Assembly (NCBI GenBank): GCA_964016885.1
Contig: OZ024740.1
Location: 220,472,001 to 220,536,000, forward strand
Reading direction: 5' to 3'
Source of the DNA: Eledone cirrhosa
Taxonomy: Eukaryota
DNA: 64,000 nt
The translations under genes were made by a program, and so were the position numbers. Shown in pieces: positions 1-11,810 of the stretch. Position 1 is the first letter of the stretch. Every line of letters starts with the position of its first letter. The notes under the pieces are model-generated. The model was given only the letters and a program-made list of their open reading frames with translations. It was not told the origin of the DNA and did no database searches.

Positions 1-300
1 GCCGAGGTTGACTTTGCCTTTCATCCTTACGGGGTCGATAAAATAAAGTACCAGTAATGCACTGGGTAATTGCTGGCCTTGTGCCTAAAGTAGAAACAAT
101 TATTTTAAATATGAATTGGCAGCATCGGTAGAGCGTCAGACACCATGCTTTACGGCATAGAGTTATGACCCTTTACGTTCTGAGTTCAAATCCCGCCGAG
201 GTTAACTTCGCCTTTCATCCTTACGGGGTCGATAAAATAAAGTACCAGTAATGCTCTGGATTAATTGCTGGCCTTGTGCCAAAAGTAGAAACAATTATTT
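1..300 (+). mobile_element. Two head-to-tail copies of a second tRNA-derived SINE family
   Basis: 1-103 is repeated at 194-298. Box A tggcagcatcgg (117) and box B gagttcaaatcc (182). Body gccgaggttaactttgcctttcatccttacggggtcgataaaataaagtacc. Confidence 0.85.
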
Positions 301-756
301 TAATAACTTGAACGAGTGATCATGGTTGGAAAGCCTTTGCTCACGGTCCATTCAATCAGGATTGAACCAAGAAGGTCGAACAACAACGTTGTGACAAAGT
401 TTTTTGTTGTTTTTTTAACGATTCAATACTTTCGTTCGTTAATTGAAAGTCCTTACGTTTTTTAGGCATGCCTTCGAATTTCATGTTGATAATGAATATC
501 ATAAAATTTCTACATGAATGTAATGTCACTTATAGAACCAATATATTTATATTACGTATGTGTTGAGGTGATGGTAATGCAAAAATAATGCAACTGATGT
601 TGTTATAGATACATGAAACATATCAACGACTTGTAGGAGTCACTCGTGTCATTTGCTTTACAATACCATCATCAGTATTTCCGAGATATCATCATTATAG
701 CAGACTGAAAATGGTGGTTGACTGAGTCTTTAATGTTTAGACGAAAAGTACTAAAG

Positions 757-1218
757 CAGTCGTTCCCAAACTTATTTCGTTGAGGAACCCTTATACGATT
801 TTCAAAAAGAATAGCGAAAACCATAACTATATTTTACAGGCAATCTCCATTATACTAATTATAATACATAAAATTAAACAAGATTTGTTTCAGCGAACGA
901 ATTTATTCATTTGAAAAATAAAATTGGGTATCACTGACAATAGATCTCAAATGAAGAAAATGAAATATTTCGCCCGATTCATCGGATTGTTTGCGTATAT
1001 ACAAAGCTATGAATAGGGTTCGTTAAAATTACCTCTTCATCTCGTATGTCTATATGCGAAATGAATCCGGTGAATCTAACGAAATATTTTCATTTTGTTT
1101 TTTTTTCTTCGAGATCTATTGTCTATGATACTCTAAATTTGTACTAAATGTTATTGAAAAGGTAACTTATCTCGCGGAACACCCGAATTCTTCAGCAGAA
1201 TCCACTTTAGGAAACATT
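757..1218. mobile_element. hAT-like MITE containing a long imperfect inverted repeat (929-1130)
   Basis: Starts cagtcgttcccaaact..ggaaccc and ends cgcggaacacc..tttaggaaacatt. Confidence 0.5.
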
Positions 1219-2923
1219 AATCTACACTGACATTCAAGGACTCCAAAAAATAATTTTAAAAATTTAAGAGGGATTTAAAGCACCTTATTGTTAGAAAAAT
1301 GTGACAGGCGAATCAAAAGACAATTCATCAGTGTGACTGTATTAATACAAACAAAATTAGTGTTACTTCTTAATAATGGGCCAACATGCACCTAACTGTG
1401 AACTCTCATGACACGCATTTTGGGTCCACTTCAAAAGAATTGCTTCAAATATGGCGATCAATAGTTTTGGGGTTTTTTTAGGGGTGTATTTTTATTTTTA
1501 AAATAAATGAATTAAAAGCAATGAGAAATGGCCAGCAAATGTGTAGTGTTGTGAACTCAAAATTGATTAAGAATAAATTGATTAGATTTATAAGCCTAGA
1601 TAGAGAAATCTTTGAGAAATAAATACATAGCCACAGGGAATCGGAAGGAAGATGTAAGGAAGTAAATAAATTAAAACAACAAACACTTATTGATTCCTGA
1701 GTGAGCTATAAATATTTGGATCATATATATATTTCAGTAAAACGAGGCTAAATAACAATAATTATCTGAAAGCAGTAGATCTTTTGATATTAATTATTAA
1801 CTTTTTTTTTTCAAAACCTTTTCCTACAAGCTAAATAAATTAGTTGGACTTCTGTTAAGTTCACATGTGACTAGGTGGTTTATTAATTTATACACCAAGA
1901 GATTACTGTTTTTAAAAGAAATTTCGTTCTTTTTTCTGTCTCTCCATAGAAATTATTCAGCCATCTGTAATATTTTCGTTTGTCGGTTCCAAAATGAAAA
2001 AAGATTAAATTGCTGAAGAAAGCAATAAACAAGCTTTCGTTATAAATCTCAAAAAAAAAGGAGGAGGGGGGGGGGGGGTCGTTTATCATCTTAGCAGGAA
2101 CAGATATGAAATATTTTCCTCTTTCGAAATAAATGTGTGCGTGTGTGCGAAGAAAATATAAACAAACTAAAATTCAATAATGAATTGATTTTTTTTAAAA
2201 GGGGTTCGATAAAATAGATTTGATTAACGAAAATTGACAAAAAAACCCTAAAATGTAATTCATGAGCGTTCATTCAATATTATATTGGAGAAAAACATTT
2301 TAAGTTTCTATATATAACGGAATAGTCCTTTCCTTTACAGCCAGGTCTGCTCTTATTTACCTGCCTCCCCTTTTTTTTCATTTCTTAATTTTGTTTTTAT
2401 CCTTTTTTTATTTTTTCATCATTGTATAACTTTTGTTCAATAAATTAAATATATTTTAGAAAAAAATAGATCAAGTGATGCGACATAAAAACTAAAGAGG
2501 ATAGGATGAATAAACAAAAACCTCCTCTCGCTACATATTAAAGAATTTTTTTTTTTTTTTCCATTAACGAAAAATAGTAAACAGAAAGTGATTGCTTCAA
2601 ATTATCAATATATCAGATTAAAATTATAGATGTGAGTTTATAAAATTGCTTTCTTCAAATATTGTGAGATGAGCTAAGTGATGAACAAAAAATATATAAC
2701 AGACGCCAACGCTAAAGATGTGAAACATGGTTTGCAGTTAATATTAATCATTCTATTTTTAAATCTATAATTTAATACAATGTTAATTATTTGCATTTTA
2801 ATTACAAGAAAACATTAAGAAACATAATGCGTACATATATTGAAAATAAATCTTGACAAAAAAAAACACCCTGTGAAGTGTAAAGCATCCGAATTACATG
2901 AAAGTAAGCTACGTATCCCTTAC

Positions 2924-3280
2924 CTTCAAGTCATTTTGCAAGCACTCTAATATTTCAACATTATTGTCATATGTATTTTTGCTACAATATAGACTGACTT
3001 CATTTCTACATTCCCGAGATTCAAAAATTTTAAAAGGTGGACGTTTCCTGACACTACGATTTTCATGTTGCTGATTCGGGTTTTGCTTGCTTCTCTCCTT
3101 ATGTCCATTTAGACTCCCTGTTGAAATTGATTTATGTGCCTTCACGGAATTATCAAGAGCCTTTCGACTAATTTGACTTTCTTCATAATTCTTTTTTGGG
3201 AGTGGCAACTTACAATGTATATTGACTATAAATAATAATAATAAAATAACGTGCGAGTGAACACGTATGGAGACCGCCAT
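2924..3280 (-). CDS. GLG1: Golgi apparatus protein 1 (GLG1/ESL-1/MG160) homologue, first coding exon; gene continues left of the window
   Basis: ATG at 3280 with a hydrophobic signal peptide (VILLLLFIVNIHC). The segment FKIFESRECRNEVSLYCSKNTYDNNVEILECLQ resembles the first Cys-rich repeat of vertebrate GLG1 (recalled as ..CREDVTRVCPKHTWSNNLAVLECLQ). Phase-0 donor AAG|GTAAGG at 2924/2923. Confidence 0.85.
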
Positions 3281-4569
3281 ATTGTTTCCGTACTACATGC
3301 TGCTGTACATATTAATCCACATGTAATCAAGTCTGAACTACAACACTTTTTGAGACAAAATTTCTCAGTTGCAAGAATATAGTTCTGTTGATTTTCAAAG
3401 ATTTCTTAAATAATATCTTCGAATATTAATCAATTGCCTATATATTTCTAAATTCTCATAGTATTACTTTAGAAAAAATATTTAAATATATTTACAATCC
3501 GAACTAAACTAAAATTCTATCTTATGGGATTTCTTTTTTTAGCTTTCAATGAGCTTGTCAAAGAAAGTTTAATTTATGTTGTTGTGTAATTCAGGCAGCT
3601 TCAGGCATCGAATTTGCAGATAGATCGGTTGAAAGCGATTCAATACTTTGGAAAGGTCAAGCTTCAATTTGATCTCAGACCGGAATCAACATGTTCTTTC
3701 TGGCATACAATGTTTTGTATGGGAGTTGATTAATAGTAGATTAATATTACCAGCAACGTGTAATCAACGTATGCTCTATTCAACTTGTTTTTATGTCTTT
3801 ATAGTAAAGGGTGCACGTATGGTCTGCTTAGGAGGTGTAAGATAGCTATGTTTAAAATATATTAGTAAAAAGGATTTGTCAACTTAGCATCGAATATAGC
3901 TCCATGAGGCAAATTATATAGCAGTTATTCGTGTATGTCTAAGAGAATACAGTTACTAATCATATCCCCAAAACAAACCACCCAGCAGATCAACGTAACC
4001 CCACTTGATTACAGAAGCTGTTTCTCTTTTCCCTCTGCCTCTTCTATTGGCTCTGCTTTTTTAAACTAGCAAACTGACCCCCAAACTCATGCCATCCAAC
4101 CACCTCTCTTTCTCTCTCTTTTGTCATGCGTACTATAAATCATTTCCCAATCTTTGCACTAAACACCTTGATCAACTATTTCTTGTTAGATCTGCTGCTC
4201 TATTTCACTAGTTTGGATGGGTCTTCTCATTCACTTTGGATTAAAAATAACTGTCTATTTTTTTTTTTTTTTTTTAGTTTCAAGAGTTTGCTCCTCATTT
4301 AAATTCTGTCTCAGCACCACTTTAACAACCTTATCTTCAAGAGTTAATGTTACTTACTTTGGAGTCCCATGACCAGATTACATTGTCCAAATGATTTAGA
4401 AGCCTAGGCCTACATAAATGTTCATCTTTATCTCCACCCTGCTTCCATTCTTCCATTAATGCTTGCTCCCCTTTGATGAGTAATATCCTCTCATTTACAA
4501 CATGGACTAATTCCAATGGGAAAGTGGATGAAGCTCTATTACTATGAAGGGTGTTGATTTGTCAGTTCT

Positions 4570-4740
4570 AGAGAAGAATAAGTTGACAATCAAGATGTCA
4601 CCTACTTTCTACAAGTGCTAAATTTTGGGGGAATATCAGGTGTAGTGTGGGCAAATTTCTGGAAGTATGGAGGTTTTAAAGGATGCAGTGTCCCGGCAGC
4701 TAATAACTGATGCAGGTAGTTTGTTCCATGCTTCAGCATT
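4570..4740 (-). mobile_element. CR1-like LINE 3' end fragment
   Basis: The minus strand reads AEAWNKLPASVISCRDTASFKTSI (WN.LP motif). Confidence 0.6.
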
Positions 4741-5754
4741 TGTTTTACTTATGCCCACATGTTGAAGTATGAAAGCTAATATTGCCTTATAGTAATGTAT
4801 AGGTGTGTTTAAACAGTTACTGAAGTATGTTGAATGTTGTCTAAAACGTTATCTGATATAGTATATGAAATGTTGAGTCAAATATACATATTTTTGTTGT
4901 TTGATATTTGTGCTAAATAAAGTTCCAACATGGTATATATTGGTTTGCTATATTTTCTATAGTAAGAATGACAAAACATATGTATACTCAGCCTCATTCA
5001 TTCTTCCCCTCTCTCTTTTGATGTAAAGAATGTGCAATTTATTGGTTATACAACAACTGTTTTAAGGCCATTTCCCCATGCAAGGGTTAGCCTTATGGAA
5101 CTTATGATAGGCTTCTTATTCATCATGGGGTCCTTTCTGAGGTCTTGGTTGGAAAATTTGGACTCATTTCATGATCTTCCCACTCTTCTTTCATATTATT
5201 GTACGACTTGTACACCCCTTTCAACCACCTCTTACAACACACAGAGATACAGTCTACCTATTTTAAACTGAATATGCACAGCAAGAGTTATTGATTATAA
5301 AAAATGTTTCCACATGCATTAGAAAAGTAAGTAAATTATTTAACACCAATATTGTGTATTATTTTTAACTCTCACTTCATATTTATGGTTGCCTTAACCC
5401 TTTCATGACTGCATTTCTAATGAAATATGCTCTATTTTAATTAATTAAGGAAGCACTTTGAGGGATTTACTAGAATTAATTATTTCATTACTAAGATTAT
5501 ATAAAATTATGTTGAAAGATTTTGATTTAAATTGGAATTTAAGAATGATTTAAATTGGAATATAAAGAATGGTGGTCAGAATTTTGGATGAAACTGGCTT
5601 TTGGGAGTGGCTGATATGTATGTGTATGTATGGGTGTGTTTGTATGTATTGCACGTATGTGAGTGTATTCCTTTTGCGATTGAACTTAAATTGACCCCTG
5701 GCAATTAAAAGCCCAACCACACATGCACACACACACACACACACATTTGTTTTA

Positions 5755-7327
5755 GATTTAAAGCAAAAATGCAGACAGTATAGTGTTGAATATTTGAAGT
5801 TTGGATTTATTATTGTTCTTAATAATGAACAACAGCCAATGTGTCTTCTTTACGAGAAAGCTTTTTTGAATGAGGCCATGAAGCCATCCAGGCTTTCTGA
5901 TCATTTTGATAAAGCAAACAAAGATTTGTCATACTTTAAAACTCAACGAGATAAATTTCGCAACAGAAAATCTATTCATTCCCTTATGATAAACCAATCA
6001 CAGAAGTGCGACGGTGAACTTCTTTGTGCATACAATATCTCCAGGATGATTGCCAGAGCAAAGAAACTTCATACAATTAGAGAACAACTCATTTTGCCAG
6101 CTATAGAGGAAGCTCTTTGTACAGTAGTACATCATCCTTCCCTAAGTGGATTCCACTTAGTAATAATTCTGTGGTAAAAAGAATTGATGAAATGGCTGAG
6201 GACATTGAAGAAATGTTATTTACAATACTTAAAAATCAACAATTTGGTTTACAATTGGACGAGTCAACTCTCCCAGGCAATGAAGCACTGCTTTTAGGAT
6301 ACGTTCGCTTTATTAAAGATCAGGAAATAGTGCAAGAATTATTGTTTGCAAAGGAACTTAAAACAGACACTAAAGATGAATTCATTTTTAAAATGATCAT
6401 TTGAGTGAGGATCAGCTTGCAAATGTGACATTGCCTACTTAACAGATTTATTCAATATATTCAATGATTTGATTTTGCAATTGCAAGGCAGTGATGTAAA
6501 TCTTATCAAAGCAAAATCTGTTATTTGCATATTCATAGACAAGCTTTCACTCTTTAGGAATAATGTTGGTCGTCGGGAGCTATGTCAATTTCCAAATCTT
6601 GCTCAACTAGAAAATAATCATGAGCTCTAAATTAGATGATGACCTTTTAATTTATTGTGACCATTTGAAGTCTTTGCATGACAAAATGGGCTGTAGATAT
6701 CAGGACCTCATTAATATGGAAATACCTGACTAGCTGATAAACCCATTTATTGATGATTATACAAATAAAGCTGACTCTGCGATACAAGAGGAGTTAATTA
6801 CTTTAAAAAACGACTTTGAATTAAAGCCCCTCTTCAAAAATTCATACCAGGAATTCTGGCTCTAAAAAGAAATTTCTGAAAGATATCTAAAGCTGTGGGA
6901 AGCTATCAAACTTTTCTTCATTGCTTTTCCAACTTCCTATATGGCTGAATGTGGGTTCAACGCAGTTACACAGCTTCTTACTAAACAAAGAAACCGCCTG
7001 CAAATTACAAAACGAGGAGATCTACGATTACTTCTAAGCAGCATGGAACCTAGAATAAGAGCCTTAGTTAGTGAACACCAAAGTCAACCATCACATTGAA
7101 AACATTGAGATAAACTATCAAATAAAAGTTGTTTTGCTTCAGCATTTTTATCATTGGTATTTATAACAGAAATTAAGACGATATTAAAATTACTTTTGCA
7201 CTAATACCTAAGTGTTTCTATGTAAGATGAATTCAGTATCTTATTTTAAATTTAATTTGACGGGGGGGTTGACAAAAAAGTTTGTGCCCAAAGGCGACGC
7301 TGGCTGAAAAAATGTTGGGAAACCCTG
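5755..7327 (+). mobile_element. hAT (Buster/Charlie; SCAND3/ZBED5-like) DNA transposon, decayed transposase, left end missing
   Basis: KCRQYSVEYLKFGF, NEAMKPSRL, IPLSNNSV, LQLDEST, FPTSYMAECGF and QPSH* (7099), with frameshifts and stops. Right TIR gttgggaaaccctg. Confidence 0.9.
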
Positions 7328-8528
7328 CATTAAACTTATAATTCAAGTAGAAGTTACTGTGAAAATCCTATATAAATTTGCCTTAATTCTGTGTGTTACA
7401 CCTTCCATCCGATGTCTAAAATGTGCAGCCACATTACTTTCCTTCACCTGTGCATATGTCAGTGTCTGTGTCTGTGTCAGTGTATATGAATGTGTCTGTG
7501 TTGGTGTATTTGTAAGTCTAGACAACTAACTGACTGCTGGATGAGAGAAAAATACTGGATATTGTGGGAATGAATGGTAGGGGAAAGAGAGAGAGAGTGT
7601 GACAGTGAGAGAATGAAAGAAAAGGAAGAGACTTGTATATAAATAAAAAAAGCAATGCAGTGTAACCTTGTTCATGAACTTAATTTGTTCCTGAAGACTA
7701 TAAACCGAAACTATTTCCCCCATATGTCATGTAGAGAGAGAAATACAGTGAGAGAGAGACTGTGTGAGAAAGACAGATAGATATCACCATAGTAACTAAC
7801 TACATAACAAGTGACGCTTTCCTGCTGATACTCCCAGCTTGTCACCAACCGCTGTTGCTCGTTTGCATGTTTGTTACTTGAGAAACTGTTCATCAACCAA
7901 GATGTTTTATGTTTGTAAAAATTGTCCAGGAACTAATTTGTTTGTGATGAGAGGTTTAGCAGAAAAGTTCTTTAAAATATTATTTTTTTGGTTGCGAGAA
8001 GGACCCTTAAAGAAGATTATGTTATAAGGCTGCGTGTTTAATGTTGGTAGTCCATGTGGAAGGATCAGAGAGGAAAGCACCGCGAGGAAATATAACAAAG
8101 GATTTATTTTTTCCATAAAATATTACAATAAAATAGTAGGCACCGTTGTGGCATATATCTAAGTAAGATGTTGCTGGGCCCTTACTGAGAGAGCCAAAGT
8201 TCCTTGGTAAATGTTTCATCTTGCCAGTTGCTCTGGGGAATGGATTTTGTAACATCCTGCTTGTATGAAAATGAAGTTTAGAAGTGAAAAGAGGCGCGAA
8301 TTCACTTGCTGGGCAGAAGTTACTGCTTGGTATTCCTACGCCGCCAACTTACAGGCCTGGCGGCTGACCAAGCACAATCCAGTTGTTCCACCGTGATAAG
8401 GTAGTGCCATTGCTTACTACAGAGGCACTCATGAACTGCAGTTCCACTGTATTCTGTTTGTACTACATCAGCCATCATTTACAATCAAATATGATTTGCT
8501 AGTATGTACTATGCTTTCACTAAGAGTT

Positions 8529-8734
8529 TTAACTCTTGAACATTTAAACCAGCCGTATCTGACCAGAATTCTCTCAACTCTTTCTGTTCAAACTGGCCAC
8601 TCATACTGATGTTAATGTATTGTTCTCAAAATAAATAATATCAAAATCTTATAGATTCAATATTATGTGAGGTAAAGCCTTTACCATGAAAATATAATAA
8701 TATATAGAGAGTAATGTAAATGCTAAAGGGTTAA
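8529..8734. mobile_element. piggyBac-like MITE (TTAA-flanked); inverted copy at 55608-55916 carries a SINE insert
   Basis: ttaactcttgaacattta ... taaatgctaaagggttaa. The interior is the reverse complement of 55740-55900. Confidence 0.7.
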
Positions 8735-9001
8735 GTGACTCATGCAGTTGCAAGCAGACATAGTCACTCTTTTGCAGCTCCCTCTCTTCATTCAGCGGAA
8801 CATCCAGGATATGACATCTGGACGAAGAGAAGTCTGTACCACCACTAGGCTGGTATTGTTTTTTTTATTGAACCCAAAAGGATGAAAAGCAAATTGGACT
8901 TTGGCAGGATTTGAACTCAGAGCACAGTGAGTCATAATAAATATCCAACACTGTAACAACTCTGCTAAATCAACTGTCCTGTATGATTGTGTATATATGT
9001 A

Positions 9002-9526
9002 CAGGATGGATGGAAAAAAACTCCCTATTGAAAATTATTTATAACTTTTGGCCTATTGTGACCACTTGGGACAACATCAATGACCTCATATTTATGCAAG
9101 ATGGGGCCCTCCCTCGTTTTGCATCCACTGCTCATGAATAGCTTGATGTCCAATTTAAAGGACATTGGCTGAGTCATCGAGGTTCAAATATGGCAATCAA
9201 GAAGCCCTGACTTAACAGTATGCAATTTTTTTCTGGTGAGGGTGGACGAAGAAAGAAATTTATAGTTCAAAACCCAAAACTCTGACTCAGTTGGAGGAAT
9301 GCATTTGATCATGTGCTGATCAACATATCGCCTGAGTTCCTGATGAAGCCAGTTGAGGATATACCCAGACGATTACAAACACTGCTGGTGTCTATGTAGA
9401 ATTTCAAGAATGTCCTGTACTTCTACCATTATACAGTTCAAAATAAAATATGTTTTATGAAGATCGACCAATAATTAATAAAGTTATTAACAATTTTAAA
9501 TAGGGAGTTTCTTTCCACCCACCCTG
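9002..9526 (+). mobile_element. Internally deleted Tc1-like element
   Basis: About 45-bp imperfect TIRs (caggatggatggaaaaaaactccctatt / aatagggagtttctttccacccaccctg), TA duplication, and remnant MQDGA..SRSPDL..SKPKTL. Confidence 0.85.
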
Positions 9527-10519
9527 TACATTATATGTGTGAGTGCATGTTAATTGTGTTAACAGTAATTTATGTGTTTGCCTATCTATGATTATACCAA
9601 TGTGAGTTTGTGAACATTATTTTAACAGCAGTGTATATGTTCAGCTGTATGTTCATTGCATTGTAACAGCTGTGTTTATTTCTTTATTCTAATTAGAATA
9701 ACTATAAAAATCCCTCAGTCTACACTCTAAAGTGGTTGTGTTGGTGTCATGAAGGGCATCCAGCCATAGAAACCAAGCCAGAAACAGTTCTGTATGAACA
9801 AAACATAGTCAGCTGACCTGACTTGTTTCACAATGGGACAACTTGTCTAACCCATGCTAGTGTGGAAACATTGATGTTAAACGGTGATGATGTTTTATTA
9901 TTGGTGGTTTTTTTGAAGGTGCATGGCTTAGTTCTTAGAGTGTTCAGCTCATGATCATAAGGTTATGAGTTCAATTCCCAACAATGCATTGTGTTCTTTA
10001 GCAAGATACTTTATTTTCCAATGTTCCAGTGAACACCAGTTAAAAAAAAATGAGTTGGATATGTAGTTCAAAAGGCCAGTCTTGTCACACACACTGTATC
10101 ACAGAACATTTTTTGAGAACTATGTTAAGGATGTATGTGTTTGTGGAATGCTCAGCCACTTGTACTTCAATTTCACGGAACTGCTAAAGGTCCACAGTGG
10201 TGGCTTTTATGGATTATAGATAAATAAAAACCATCAACCATCTATTTACTCTAATTAAACAAGTACCATAGCATTGGATTGACCAAAGCCTTGTGTAGGG
10301 AAATTTGGCAGACAGATGCTATATGGAAAACAAACATCTAGAGAACACGAGTCTAGACCAATTTTCATCTCACCCCATCCCAACACCTTAATACTCTCCC
10401 ATCCCCAGCCTGCATACTGCTCTCTCCTCCACATCTGATACACCTTCCTGTTCAACACATGTATACAAGTATGGAAAGCTGGACATACTCCACGCCTGCT
10501 CCCACAGTCCTGCTAACAC

Positions 10520-10970
10520 AACAAAAACCACTGTAAGGTGGTTGTGCTGATGACAAAAAAAAAGCAGCCAGTCTATGCTATAAGGCAGTTCTGCAGGTGA
10601 CATGAGAAAACACCCAGTCCACCCTATAAGGTGAATGTGCTGGTGACACGACAAAAAACGCCGTCCACTCTGTAAGATGGTTGTGCTAGTAACATGACAA
10701 AAAAGTATACAGACCACCCTGTAAAGTGGTCGTGCTGGTGACATAACAAAAAAGCACCCAGGCCACCCTGTTAGATGGTCATTTTGGTGCCATGATAAAA
10801 AGCACCCAGTCCACACTGGTTGGCATTAGGAAGGGCTTCCAGCCAGAGAAACTAAGCCAGACACAGATCCGTATGTGCAAGACATGGTCATCTGACCTCA
10901 CTTGCCTCATAATGTGACAACCCATCTAACCTAACAAAACATGAAGAATAGACATTAAATGGTGATGATC
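10520..10970 (+). repeat. RTE 3'-UTR copy with about 6 tandem ~48-bp units (representative of about 25 tail copies)
   Basis: Unit ccaccctgtaaagtggtcgtgctggtgacatgacaaaaaagcacccagt, then gttggcattaggaagggc and a GAT tail. Other copies near 9720, 22650, 26520, 28195(-), 28590, 31170, 33135, 37320, 43200, 47800, 53150, 54190, 55050, 56230, 60735(-) and 62660. Confidence 0.85.
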
Positions 10971-10974
10971 ATTA

Positions 10975-11810
10975 TTTTATGTCTGCTTTCCATGCTGGCA
11001 TGGGTTGGACAAGTTGTCAAGACACCAAATGGGACGAAGTGACCTGTTTTACCCATACATTCCATATTTGGTGTTGTTTCTATGGCTGGATGCCCTTTCT
11101 AATGCCAACTATTTTACAAAGTGTATTTAGTGCTTCTTTTCATGGCACTGACACTAACACTTTACAGGGCGCACTGGATGCATTTTTCAAGGCATCAGCT
11201 CTAGTGAGGTTGTTATATGCCCATCCAGACTGCAGGGTCCTTTCAAACCCTATATTATCTCCATTTTATTGCTAACAGTGTAGTTTCTGATCTCACATTA
11301 TATTTACTTATGTGTTGCAGTGCTTGTATAGTTGGACAGGTATGTTGTATTATTGCAATCACTAGTTAGGTCAGTCTTGTGTCTTCTCCTTTGTGAGGAT
11401 CAATTTCTTGAGGTTAGTCTTCACAACTTTGTCTCTCTTCCACTGGTTCCATCCTGGCACTTTTTATACATTTTTTTTTCTCCTAATGCATCACATAACC
11501 ATACCAGTACAATCATCTTTTGTATATGCAGCATTCAAGTGAGCTGGTAGAAAAGCTGAATATAAGAGAATTCCTCTTATATTCAGCTTTTCTACCAGCT
11601 CACTTGTGCTCTACTATTCATGTACACTAACATCACACATCCAGCAAAACGTACAAACTTTATTTCTTTTTAGCCTCTTTAAAACTTCTGCACCTAGGGA
11701 CTATGCCTCACTGCCATGCAACATAACAGTTCAAACACAAACATAATATAATATACCTTTCACTTTGAGAGAGAAGACCTTTGTTGCCTACAGAGATAAC
11801 TGCTACCACC
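10975..11810 (-). mobile_element. Degraded RTE LINE 3' portion (ORF end and tail)
   Basis: 11490-11790 resembles 44660-44925. The tail motifs ggctggatgccc and ttccatgctggcatggg lie at 10985-11110. Confidence 0.7.

Noticed and set aside
5794-6404. Domesticated ZBED/SCAND3 host gene
   Set aside because: Multiple frameshifts and stops plus a retained TIR indicate a dead hAT transposon.
7691-7720. CTGAAGA..GAAAC hammerhead-like string
   Set aside because: No stem II or stem III pairing, so a chance match.
10520-10815. CRISPR-like array of ~48-bp repeats (also 50156-50765 and 25490-26210)
   Set aside because: The units are contiguous tandem copies without unique spacers, there are no cas genes, the context is eukaryotic, and the arrays are explained as LINE 3'-UTR arrays or a minisatellite.
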